Source: Macrostomum lignano
Taxonomy: Eukaryota
Length of the DNA stretch: 64,000 nucleotides
Assembly: GCA_002269645.1 (NCBI GenBank)
Contig: NIVC01001704.1
Location: 1-64,000 of the forward strand
Direction of reading: 5' to 3'
The notes under the pieces are model-generated. The model had not been told where the DNA came from. It did no database searches and saw only the letters and a list, made by a program, of their open reading frames with translations. Shown here piece by piece: positions 1-10,742 of this stretch. Position 1 is the first letter of the stretch, and every line of letters starts with the position of its first letter. The translations under genes were made by a program, and so were the position numbers.

Positions 1-1109
1 AACTATCCATGCACAACATTCTCCACCAACGAGGCAGCCGCACAATCCAAGAGGTTTCGCCCGAGACTTCAGCGAGCGAAGCGGACTCTACCAGATCACG
101 GTGCAAATCACTTCGCTCTACCTTCCGAAGGGGCGCCAGCCTGGCGACTTGCCGCCTGCATCGATCTCTGGTGTGGCTGTCTGATGAAACACTACCGGCC
201 TGATAGAACCTGCAGGGACCTCTGTCCGAGTATCGGATTGTGCATGAACATAGCAACGAGGAGAAATTTCAAGTTTGCCTACTCCAAGTCTTCTCACTGC
301 CACCGGCAAGAATCGAAGTGAGAGCAGCACCACGCCGAAGAAGAAGAGGAGAACCTCATCACCACCCGCCGCACCAAGCAAGAATTCGAAACGTCCAAGG
401 CCTGCCGCGAGCGCTCCTAAGAACCAGCCTGCTTGCAAAGGTGGACAGCAAGCGATCCCGACTGGGCTGAAGTACCGGCAGTCAAGAAGCTCGTAAGTTC
501 GCCTACGGTTCAGCCGGAAAGCGAGTCGCCTCTAAGGATCTCTCGTACGCCAAGCAGCTAGCTGGAGCTGAAGCCTCGAGCAACAGATCCTCCGATTCGA
601 TTGCAGTCTGTTCGCTTAAGCTCCAACTGGTGTCATTGCTGCGAGGGACTTTTTCAGCATGTCTGACGTCTCGCACTATCATAAACTTTAACTATTTCTG
701 GCAAATTTTTAGTAGCAAGGACGAGCACCTGAATATTCGTAAACATTTAAATAGATCGGCTCGCCTTGGATTCAACTTCCTCACATGTTTTAAAGCATAT
801 AGCTCGGGTTTTCTAGCCTATCCTTTTAAACGCAAATTGTTATTTTCATTAGATGCTCTACGTCGTTTACATCGCTTTTCTTCTCGTCAATCTGCTGCTT
901 GGCTTTTAGACTGCAAGGCTGGTTTACTCGCCTTAGTGCTTATCTTTAGCAATTCGCCTGCCTACCTACTGCTATCCGCGAGACATTTAGCCTGACTGCA
1001 ATAGCGCTTTTGCTAACTACCCGACTTATTATTATTATAATAAACTGATGACCAAGTTCTTTGTCTTACCACGACTTATTCAGACTTATTTCTGGTTTGA
1101 AATTTTCAG

Positions 1110-1718
1110 AGAATTGTTCAGAGTGTCGGGAGCGCACAACTGGATTTGAGCGGTTCCGATGGACTAGATTTATTTCAGCTTCAGCTAAAACTGCTAAAAA
1201 GCGGATTCAATTGCAAACTCTATTTTGGACGACCCTCTATGCTGAGAGTTGCTACGAGTGCTGGCTATACTATGCAAATCTATCCTGGTGGAAAAATTAC
1301 AATTTTTCGATGTGCATCAAATCTCAAATTAATATCCACACTCCTGGCAATTCACAATTCTGTTTTTAAGCTGGATTTTAATTCAATACGTATTCAAACC
1401 TCAACATATGTTGGTGAATATGAATTTTATAGCGCAACAGACAGATTTTTTATGCTAAAATTAAGAATTGGATGTTTCATTGGTTTCACTGTGAGCTACG
1501 ATGCAGAAACTTTTCCTCAAGCCGTGCGATTGCGCTGCAGCTGGAATAAACGTTTGTTTGCAAATTTGTTTTGTTCAAAAAAGCTGGTCATAATGGGCCC
1601 AGCAAATGCCCAAGAACTCTCCTCTATTTTATCATGTATTGAAACATACTTAAAGCTTTCGATTCCTAATTCAACGCATAATATCTTGCAGTCAATCGAT
1701 CCTATATCCAACAACTAG
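1110..1718 (+). CDS. Divergent TATA-binding-protein (TBP)-like protein; 5' end uncertain (frame open from 1101, acceptor-like TTTTCAG ends 1109)
   Basis: Two TBP-like repeats. Repeat 2: RIQTSTYVG...SYDAETFPQAVRL...LFCSKKLVIMG versus TBP KIQNMVG...SYEPELFPGLIYR...IFVSGKVVLTG. Repeat 1: IVQSVGSAQL...LDL...IYPGGKITIF. Length about 200 aa, like a TBP core. Confidence 0.75.
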   Translation, partial: RIVQSVGSAQLDLSGSDGLDLFQLQLKLLKSGFNCKLYFGRPSMLRVATSAGYTMQIYPGGKITIFRCASNLKLISTLLAIHNSVFKLDFNSIRIQTSTYVGEYEFYSATDRFFMLKLRIGCFIGFTVSYDAETFPQAVRLRCSWNKRLFANLFCSKKLVIMGPANAQELSSILSCIETYLKLSIPNSTHNILQSIDPISNN

Positions 1719-1727
1719 TAATCTGAA

Positions 1728-2407
1728 ATGGCAAATATCGTTTTTGCACCGAGCGTCTTCATCCTTGAAGGACTGTTGGGAGCGGGCAAATCCACCGTAC
1801 TGCATAATTTGGCACTACGATCAAGACTAGACAACTGGAGGAAGCGTGCTCATTTTCTGCCGGTGCAAATTTTTGCCGCAGCGAGGGTCCTTTTTGCGGC
1901 GCCCTGGAGAAGTTTTATTCTGGTGAACTGTCAGCATTTGCTTTTCAAACGTTGGTGTACCAAGAGCTGATGGGACGCGACATGGCCGCAGTTCAATTTG
2001 CGACAAACGAGGTGAAGGAGGGCCGCCAGCCGATTGATCTGATAGTGATGGACCGACACCTACGATCCGGAATTGCCTTTTCAAATCTGTTGTACAAACA
2101 GGATCGGTTGACTAACTTTGAACTGAATCTGATGATTCGGTTGTATGAAATGTTTACCAACTGCTTTCAATCTGATGCCACACTAATCTATCTGGACATC
2201 ACACCCGAGCTTGCACTGGAGCGCATTCAACAGCGAAACCGAGGTGGGGAGCAGCACATTACACTGAGTTATCTTGAACAACTACGGGAGGAGCTGCATG
2301 CACAGTTTGCTCTTTTCAAAACTGTGCACAAGATCCGAGTGCTGCCAGAGACTACTCTTGAGGATGTTGTGGACACAGTTTGCAAGATTATTAATCCTTC
2401 TGGCTGA
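1728..2407 (+). CDS. Deoxynucleoside/thymidine kinase family protein, split by one frameshift between about 1808 and 1900
   Basis: P-loop LEGLLGAGKST in the first ORF. The second frame gives LEKFY...FAFQ, IVMDRH and LIYLDITPELALERIQQRNRGGEQHITLSYLEQL (dNK lid motif). Confidence 0.82.
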
Positions 2408-2642
2408 GTGACTCGCGTTTTGACTCGCCTTAATTGCTACATGAAGACAATCTGAAATGTGATTTAATAAAACAGTTGGCCCTTGATTATTCGATTATTC
2501 CTTGACCAGCATCAAGGAACAAGTTGGGAATTCCCTACTTGTTGGCCATGCCATCAAAGCGCGTTCGTTCTTTTTTAATTCCATACTGCATTTTAGTCCT
2601 AAAAATCATCAAAATTCTTGCATTATTTGTTTAATATTAACC

Positions 2643-3411
2643 ATGATAAAAGCACGTTTTTTAAAGAAAAAAAAATTGTTATTCCAGCCAAGAGCTCGCT
2701 GCCTGGTTTGTCGAAAGACCTTCCGCAATGTGGCTGCGCTGCATGCTCACTCGCATGGAGAATGCTTTGCGCCAGATCGACTGTTGGAGGGGCCATTCGA
2801 GGAGCTTCAGGCGCACCCACCAGACGGTTGGTCTGTTCACCTGGAAGAAAGTGCGCATCAGGGGCGAGCCAACTTTCTGCAGTTTGTTCCTAATTCCGCT
2901 GAATCTCCATCGCAAACATCCGCCACCACCGACGACCTTCTACCTGCCGACAAGCTGAACCAGCTGCGCGCCCCAATCTATTGGCTTTTCAATATGACTT
3001 TACAAAAAGGACTGATGTTGAGAACATGTCTGCATGTCAAGGTGAAGCTGTTTCGGATGCTGGCGGATTTGCGGCAACACCCCGATCTCTCAACAGGCGC
3101 TTTAAATTCACCAGCAACTGAAATAATCTCTGCATATTTCAACAGTCACATGGTTACAATTTCACTGGATAAAGAGGGCACCGGTACTGGCGAACTGTCT
3201 GAGGAGAGTTTCAACGACTGGTTTATGCGTGCAATCACCGAAGTGACAAGCAAAATTGACAGCTTCCAGAAACGTGGCAGTGGTTGGAAGTATGACAGCA
3301 TTGAACAGCTTGACCTGATGCTATGCCCCTATAGGAAGTCTCGTTCTCGGCCAAGCTACAACCCGGGCAGTAGGAATTCCACAGCGGCAGAGCAACAGCT
3401 GGGCGGTGGTA

Positions 3412-3446
<35 letters not shown>

Positions 3447-6400
3447 GCCAGAACATTTAAAGTCCCGTTGTCGGTTGGATGCAAGAGAGGAGCCGTAATA
3501 TTTTTGAAGCCAAACAATAATCGGCAGCCTAACTGCTTCAAGTATGCAATCGTAGCAAGCATCTTTTATGCCCAAGTGAAGCGTCCTCATTTGAAGAGCA
3601 GCTATACAGAACATTTGCGAGAATTGGATTTTGGAACTAAATTACAAGTCGGATCAGCGAGACATGCCAAATGCTCATATATTAAATTTTTGAACAAAAA
3701 TCCAGGGTTAAGTTTGCGTGTATTCGTTTGGGATTACGAAGCAAAGACTGCCGTGCATTACTTTTCGCGCCACTGTTCCCCGGAGACAGCCCGCTTCATG
3801 GCAAACTGTTTGTTCATCCCACCATATGGCAAATTCAAGCTGGGCCACTACATGCCTGTTCGTAATTTGAACTCACTTCTAAGCTGCCGAGGCAAACGAC
3901 GGCGTGTCTGCCCAACTTGCCTGGCTCCGTTTTCGGAAAAAATATCATGGGACTTCATTCTGAACGAGCACCAATGCATCGGAGGGTGCGAGAGCCAGTC
4001 CTCGCTCCGCTGGATGTCCGAGCCGCTGCCACAAATACGGGAGGTGCGCAGGCCGCCAATTGAGAAGATGCCTCTGCCGGAGAATGCTAGTCTTGAGTTT
4101 ACCGAACATGCTGCAAGGCTGCCGGCGCTGTACGTAGTTTATGCCGACATGGAATGCCTATGTGCACCGCCGGACGCCAGCGCTCCACATGTGGGAGCCT
4201 CTCAAAAGATTCGCGAGATCCACAAACCGCTTTGCATCGGTTATCGGGTGGTGGCCTGTCCCGGAGTTGAAAGCCGGCTGCCTTCACTATATGGCGAAAG
4301 GTCCGCCTGTTCGGTTATCTATTCGCGGCCCAACGGTGGAGATGATTGCATTGGGCTGTTTTTGATCAAGCTCCGCCAGCTAGCAAGCGAGATCTACCGA
4401 CACGCCAAGGATGAAACATATGTTCCTTTGCTTAAAAAATATCTTCATCTGACGGACCGTGTCGAGAAGCGGCGCCACAAGCATTGTCAGCTATGTAATC
4501 GCGTTTTTGAGCTTGATGAACGCCAAGTCCTGGATCACGATCATCTTACTGGCCTGCCTAGGGGAGTTTTGTGTGTCAGCTGCAATCGCAAATTGAGCTT
4601 GAATCGCCACCGGCTGTTGGTCTATTTTCACAACCTGTCGGCATATGATGGCAAGTTTATTGTTCGCCAAGTTTACGAAACCTTTTCCGGTGAAGAAGTT
4701 AAACTTTATGTTTTGCCTGAAAATCGCGAGCGATTCAAAACGTTCTCTATCAAGTTCAAGCTGCCTGCTGCTGATGGGCAGCACCACGTTTGGTTTGAAA
4801 TCTGCTTCAAGGACACTTTTGCGTATTTACCAACTAGCCTAGCAAGTCTAGCTGAACGCCTGCTCCCTTCTCAGCTGGTGCACACAAGCAAACTATTGGA
4901 GCAATACCCGAGACTACGACCGGAGACGTTGCAGCAGAAGGGAGTTTTTCCCTATTCGTTCCTTGATCGAATGGACAAATTGGACAGCGTAAAATCTCTG
5001 CCAGCAAAGGAGAGGTTTTTCAATAGACTAACAATGCAGCATTGCTCTGACGCCGACTACGCTCGAGCCAAGGCCAGCTGGGAGGAATTCGGCTGCCACA
5101 CTCTGCGTGACTACACTACTGCCTACCTGCGATTGGATGTGCTTTTGCTCTGCGACGTGTTTGAAAATTTCAGAAATAATGCAATCAAAGAGTATCAAAT
5201 TGATCCCGCTCATTTTCTTGGCTCTCCAATGTACAGCCTGGCGGCGTGCTTGCTTCAACTTGCAGAGCCAATTCAACTCTTCACTGATACAGCCATGTAT
5301 GCTGAAATTGAGAGCTCTGTGCGCGGCGGTTTCAGCTTTGGGACACGTCACGTAACCACAGCAAATAACTCGTTGGTTTCGCTCATTCGTCAAGATTTGG
5401 ACAGGGACGAGGGCAACTTTGCGAGCCTGAGGGCAAATGCACCAGAAAACACCTTTTTGGTTTACTTGGATGCAAACTCGCTCTATTCTAGTTGCATGGT
5501 ACAACCTCTACCATACAAGAACTTTCGTTGGCTTTCTGCTCGAGATGTGAATCGCATACCATGCGATAACACCCCCGGCGCAGGCTATTACCTCGAAAAT
5601 CCGCAAGTGAAGAGTCAAATGCTAGACTGGCTGACGAAGTTTTGTTCTGAGGAGCGAGGAGCTTATTTCACAGTCGATCTGCATTATCCCGAGTTTCTAC
5701 ACGATAGCACTGCTGACCTCCCACTGGCGATTGGGCACGAGATTGTGAGAGAAGATCGGCTGACGGATCAAATGCGGCAAGATTGGACAGCACTTCAACG
5801 ACAACTGAACCCCGAGCGATATGCCTCTGCCAGCTGTTACCAAGACGTGAAGGCATTCAAGAGCCCTGCGCGCAAGCTCATCGGTTCTGTCGAGCACAAG
5901 CGCGAATATGTGTTGCACCACCGTGCATTGCGACTTTACCTCGAGTTGGGGATGCGAGTCACAAGGGTCTATCGCGTCATCTGTTTCACCGAGAAGCCAA
6001 TATTACGCTCTTACATTGAGCGCAACATTAGCCGACGAATAGAAGCCAAGACGGAATTTGAACGTGATCTGTTCAAGCTACTCAACAATGCTTTGTTTGG
6101 CAAGTTTCTGCAACGTGTTCGTGACCGATTGTGCTTCAAGATGTGCACCGACGCTGCAAAGCTGGAGTCCTATGTCAGCATGGAAAGCTTCCTAGATGTT
6201 ATCATTTACAACGAGAATTTGGCGGGAGTTAGTCTATCTCCTCGTCAAGTTTTGCTTAACAAGCCAATTATCATTGGCGCGTCAATTCTGGACATTGCCA
6301 AAACTATGGTTTACAATTTTTATTACAACCATGTTCAGGCTCATCATTCGCTTTCATGTGCACGCGTTCTGGCAGGCGACACCGACAGTCTGATGATGGC

Positions 6401-7022
6401 ACTGGTGATGCGCAGACCTGGTGACACGCCCTATAATTCATTGTTCAAGGACCTGATCGCTCAAGGACTACTTGATACCAGCAACTATCCGCCGGATCAT
6501 GCCCTTTATTCTACCCAACACAAGGGTCGGCTGCTTGCATGGAAAGACGAATTTGCTGGAGCGGTTCCAATCGAGTTGGTATTTTTACGACCAAAGAACT
6601 ACTCTTTTCTCTACGTTACCGATACGATTCGGCAACTCTCTCGATGCAAAGGCGTGAGCAAGCAAGTGGCTCGCACGTTCAAGCACACGGCCTACCTCTC
6701 GGTCTTGGAGAAGAGAAGAGTGATGTATGCAAGCTTCGCTCGAATTGCTTCTAAGAAGAAAGTTGTTTTTCTCATGGAACAGAAGAAGCTCGCGCTCGGA
6801 TTTTTTGATACAAAGCGCGCTTGGACAACCCTCCTTGCTTCTCAACCATTCGGACATTGGCGGCTGCGAGCAGCATGCGAAACGCAGGCAAGAATTACTT
6901 TCTTGATACTGTTTAGCATCTAGATGATACAGTAGCATCTTTAGCTTAATATTTTTTCGTTTTTTTAATTTCAGGCAACAATCGATTCGGAAAAGGAGGA
7001 CTATTCGATGGATGAAAATTGA
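2643..7022 (+). CDS. Protein-primed family B DNA polymerase (pPolB) with N-terminal Zn finger, terminal-protein region, vOTU-like protease and EndoVII-like domain. Unspliced ORF stops at 6923; predicted GC-AG intron 6888-6974
   Basis: Exonuclease motifs YADME, FHNLSAYD and DVLLLCDVF. Polymerase motifs YLDANSLY, KLLNNALFGK, GDTDS and RPKNY. Also CxxC...DHDHLTG..RG.LC..CN. First ATG at 2643. Confidence 0.95.
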
Positions 7023-7207
7023 CTTTTGCTTTGTACATTAACACCATATATGCCAGGCATCGTGTGTAGACTAGTCATCATTTTAGCATGGTGTCCTATC
7101 TCTTGAGGTTCACTCATTTTCGTTGGCTGACACAGCGCTCTAGAATAAATGTGTATTGAATGACTAACGAACGTGATTGGTTTTTCGCTCCTTCTTTTGC
7201 AAGAGTA

Positions 7208-7213
7208 TATAAG
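7208..7213 (+). promoter_or_regulatory. TATAAG promoter-like motif; also at 9647, 10696, 13383 (+) and 19044-19049 (-)
   Basis: 45, 49, 47, 48 and 46 nt upstream of the respective ATGs. Confidence 0.65.
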
Positions 7214-7252
7214 CCCAGATGTTGAGACTTTAGTTTAACTTTTGTCCGAAAA

Positions 7253-8122
7253 ATGCAGTCGTCCTCTTCGCCTAGCCAACCGAGTTTAAGAAGTAGGAAA
7301 AGCCAATTATCGAAACTGTTCATTTCGCCATATACACAAACGAGTGGTTTGTGCAATTTCCCAGTCCCGCCACCAACTCCCACTCCCGAGAATGCAAACA
7401 AAAAATTTATTTTCAATGTTTCAGCCAGTACAATGCAGCGCCAGCAGCAAGAATCTCTAAATCCAAGTGACACTAGCAGCTGTAAAGACGCAGCGCCAGT
7501 TCCGCTACGCCTAAATCCCGATTGGTGTCAACAATACCTCGCAGGCTCACCACCGATCGAGAAAAATCTAATTGTCCGCCTTCTCAGCAATCATGCTGCG
7601 GTTCCGGCCAGACAGACAGAGGGCTCTATCGGGTATGATCTGACTGCAGCCGAGACCAAGACCGTCCCTGCGCAGGGACGAGCGATTTTTGATATTGGGA
7701 TTTCAGTCCGAGTACCGGCTGGCACCTATGGAAGAATCGCTGGGCGCTCTGGTCTGTCAGCGTTTCACGGAATCACGGTGGGCGGCGGAGTAATTGACCC
7801 AGACTACTGCGGACGAATTACGGTGATTCTCTTCAACCACGGCATACGAGACTATCATGTTCGCATCGGCGAAAGGATTGCGCAGCTGGTTCTGGAGAAG
7901 GCGGAAATCGCTCCGGTCAAGGTAGAGAACTACACTATCGCTCGCGGGAAGAAGCGTGAAGCGCTGGACAACCAGCGTCAGTTGTCAGCGTCAGCATCGT
8001 CAGTTGCGGAGACCGCCAAGGTTGATGAAGAAGAGAAGATGAAGAATCTGGCGGACGCAATCGTTCAACAAGAAGCTTGCAAGCAGCGGGGCGATTCAGG
8101 CTTTGGCAGCACGGGGATGTAA
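7253..8122 (+). CDS. dut: Trimeric-type dUTPase with S/P-rich N-terminal extension
   Basis: All five motifs present: GYDL, RSGLS, GVIDPDYCG, IAQL and RGDSGFGSTG. Confidence 0.93.
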   Translation: MQSSSSPSQPSLRSRKSQLSKLFISPYTQTSGLCNFPVPPPTPTPENANKKFIFNVSASTMQRQQQESLNPSDTSSCKDAAPVPLRLNPDWCQQYLAGSPPIEKNLIVRLLSNHAAVPARQTEGSIGYDLTAAETKTVPAQGRAIFDIGISVRVPAGTYGRIAGRSGLSAFHGITVGGGVIDPDYCGRITVILFNHGIRDYHVRIGERIAQLVLEKAEIAPVKVENYTIARGKKREALDNQRQLSASASSVAETAKVDEEEKMKNLADAIVQQEACKQRGDSGFGSTGM

Positions 8123-8182
8123 AGATTGCAGGTTTAAATTGCGCGCAAGAGCGGTAGTATCTGGAAATTACTGCAGTTCATT

Positions 8183-8403
8183 CTTTTTTTCAAGAATAAA
8201 CAATTCTGCATGCATATAAAGACTATAAGTTATGCTCCAAAATTGCAAGGAACAAATATATCTGTATCTGAATCCTTAACGCATATAAGCTATCTTTTAT
8301 TCAAGAATAAACAATTCTGCATGCATATAAAGACTATAAGTTATGCTCCAAAATTGCAAGGAACAAATATATCTGTATCTGAATCCTTAACGCATATAAG
8401 CTA
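8183..8403. repeat. Perfect-looking tandem duplication, 111-bp period, between dUTPase and PLA2
   Basis: CAAGAATAAACAATTCTGCATG... starts at both 8191 and 8302. Confidence 0.9.
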
Positions 8404-8454
8404 AACTAAATTATTTGCTATTGGTTTTCAAGTCTTTACTATTTAAGCAACAAA

Positions 8455-8948
8455 ATGTACGCATCAAAACGCAGAAAAGGTGTCTGCAAGCAAAAGAGGA
8501 AATCTGTCCCGAATCGGAAATCGCGCTCTAGCAAACGTGTTCAGAGAGGATCTGGGATTGTAAACTGGTTAATCAATCACCTACCATTTGAGGTCCACCT
8601 CCCTGGTTACAATTTTTGTGGACCGTAAGTGAGCCAAACTTTTTCATGATTTAGTTTGACACTGTTCTAACTAGGAAGTATTAAATTCGCTCTTAATTAA
8701 GGGGCACGCGGTTGCGAAAACGGCTTGCGGAAGGACAGCGAGGGAAAAACCGGTTGGATGATCTTTGCCTACTACATGATGTTGCATACGAAAAGAGCTC
8801 GGACACAAACTCTCGTCTGGAAGCTGATCGGTTGTTAGAAGCCGGAGCTAGAGAGATTATAAGCGATCCGAATACTGGGTGGGGAGAACGCCTTGCTTCA
8901 AAATTCGTGGCTAAGGTGATGCACGCTAAGCAGCGATTGGCAGCCTGA
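8455..8948 (+). CDS. Parvovirus-VP1u-like phospholipase A2 (Polinton PLA2), two exons 8455-8624 and 8702-8948
   Basis: Splicing GTAAGT(8625)...TTAAG(8701) restores HLPGYNFCGPGTRL...NRLDDLCLLHDVAY, with the Ca-binding loop and catalytic HD. Confidence 0.88.
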
Positions 8949-8954
8949 ACACAA

Positions 8955-9662
8955 ATGGAAACTTTCAATCTGCAGTTGGCACACGATTCCTCAATCATCT
9001 TGGCCGGACCATCAAACTCTGGCAAAACTGAATGGGCGCTGCGTTTGCTGCGCGAACGAAATTTGTTATTTAAGCAAGCGCCAACGCGTCTCGTGTGGTG
9101 TCATGGCACGGACCTGAGTCCTGGTGAACAGCACCGCATTCGTTCAAGCTGGGAGGAGGGCGGGAGCGGGCAGCATAATTTGATTCGAGGATTTCCGCTC
9201 GAGCTTATCTCTCAACTTCGCCCACACGATTTGCTGGTTGTCGATGATCTCCAGAGTGAAATGGCCAAGTCCCCCGAATTTACAGCAATTTTTACAAAAT
9301 ATGCCCACCACACACCACTAACTTGTCTCTATTTATGTCAGAATCTCTTTCATCGTTCTGATGCTGAAGCGCGCTCGCGAAGCCTCTCTGCTAGCTACAT
9401 CTGCCTGACCCGAAATATTCGCGATCGAACGGTTGTTCAAAGCCTAGGGAAGCAAATGTTTCCAAAGAGGAGCAACTTTCTAGTTCGTGTCTATGAAAAC
9501 GCAACTGACAATAGGCCCTATTCATACCTGTTTATTGATCTGCGACAAGAAACTCCCGACTTTTTAAGGCTTCGTACTGGTATTTTCCCGGGTGACAAAC
9601 AGCTTGCGTACACCTCTGGTAAAAGCAACTCTGTTTCACTTGATTTTATAAGCAATCCATAG
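8955..9662 (+). CDS. FtsK/HerA (A32-like) DNA-packaging ATPase
   Basis: Walker A GPSNSGKT, Walker B LLVVDD, then YLCQNLF, RNIRD and PYSYLFIDL as in Polinton ATPases. Confidence 0.92.
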   Translation: METFNLQLAHDSSIILAGPSNSGKTEWALRLLRERNLLFKQAPTRLVWCHGTDLSPGEQHRIRSSWEEGGSGQHNLIRGFPLELISQLRPHDLLVVDDLQSEMAKSPEFTAIFTKYAHHTPLTCLYLCQNLFHRSDAEARSRSLSASYICLTRNIRDRTVVQSLGKQMFPKRSNFLVRVYENATDNRPYSYLFIDLRQETPDFLRLRTGIFPGDKQLAYTSGKSNSVSLDFISNP

Positions 9663-9695
9663 ATTGCACTTTGCTCCTTTGTAGAAATTTTGAAA

Positions 9696-10685
9696 ATGAG
9701 TTTTTATGTGTTTTTGCCTTCGAATGACAAGAGTTATGCAGATAATTCACCCAGCGAGTTTCGAGTCCGGCTAAAGGATCCACTGAATGTTGGAACGCGC
9801 TATGAAGTAGCACTGGTTGAGCTAATCTGCGGAGGGTTTCCTGCTTCGGCTGCAAAGGACTCTTCGTTAGATAAAAAGGAAATTGTCTACTATCAAAGAG
9901 ACGTGCAAACGTATTTTTCTTCAACAGCACCTCGATTTGTGAAGTTGTGGTCCCAAGCAAACTTGGAGGCATATCTTTTGTGGAGGCAAGCGGAGGCGGG
10001 CTCGGGAGCAAAAATCACATATCAGTGGTTCCTGCGAAACGGTGGTAGCCGATCGGTTCATGTGGAAATTCCAATGACGTTTCTCAGTACATTTGCCCTA
10101 GACGAGTGGGTTGTGGTTCGAGCGGGGATAGGCAATGAAGAAGGTGAATGGAGTGAGGCTTCTCTACGGACTTTGGAAGAGGTTTCAGCGAAGATGGATA
10201 GATTGAACGATAAGTATACTATGATTTTTAATTTTGTTCTGGACCCATATCATGCTGTGAAATTTTTGGGCGATGGAGAACGCATGAAATCTCTACAAAG
10301 TGGTTCAGTGGACGACGCTCTGAAAAAAAATGTTTGGAAGCTTGTGCACCCGTGGACATTTACCATACAATATTTGCCTGGTGAGCCGTCCGGTGCTGGG
10401 GACGACAATAGCAAGCAGTATATGCATTGCTACACTGACATCATCGACTATCAGCCCGTTGGAAGCACATCTGTTCCACTGTTGCGCGTCGTGGATTTGC
10501 AGCGGAAGGGACACGAAGTAACGCATGAACATAGTTCCTTGACAAATCCTTACTATGTTGGAGTGAATCGTCAGGGCATCAGCGAGATTTCAATTCGACT
10601 GACTGATCAGCGTGGCAAAGGAATACAATTTCAACCGGGCTCGCATACTGTGGCGGTGCTCCATTTTCGTCCTAGAATTGACTAG
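9696..10685 (+). CDS. Minor capsid protein (penton, single jelly roll)
   Basis: N-terminal FYVFLPSN...NSPSEFRVRL...YEVALVEL and C-terminal YTDII..QPVG...PLLR...IRLTDQ.G...LHFR, typical of Polinton pentons. Confidence 0.85.
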   Translation: MSFYVFLPSNDKSYADNSPSEFRVRLKDPLNVGTRYEVALVELICGGFPASAAKDSSLDKKEIVYYQRDVQTYFSSTAPRFVKLWSQANLEAYLLWRQAEAGSGAKITYQWFLRNGGSRSVHVEIPMTFLSTFALDEWVVVRAGIGNEEGEWSEASLRTLEEVSAKMDRLNDKYTMIFNFVLDPYHAVKFLGDGERMKSLQSGSVDDALKKNVWKLVHPWTFTIQYLPGEPSGAGDDNSKQYMHCYTDIIDYQPVGSTSVPLLRVVDLQRKGHEVTHEHSSLTNPYYVGVNRQGISEISIRLTDQRGKGIQFQPGSHTVAVLHFRPRID

Positions 10686-10742
10686 GTGACTAATTTATAA
10701 GCAAACTTTGGGGTGTTGAGTATGATTTGACCAATAATTTAA

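Noticed and set aside
1-1000. Several short ORFs (basic or Leu-rich) at the start of Polinton A
   Set aside because: No frame has a recognisable motif, and I cannot tell which, if any, is coding.
1808-1900. Programmed -1 frameshift in the kinase (and at 14580 in MCP)
   Set aside because: No correctly phased X XXY YYZ slippery site. The MCP paralogue is continuous there, so a simple indel is more likely.
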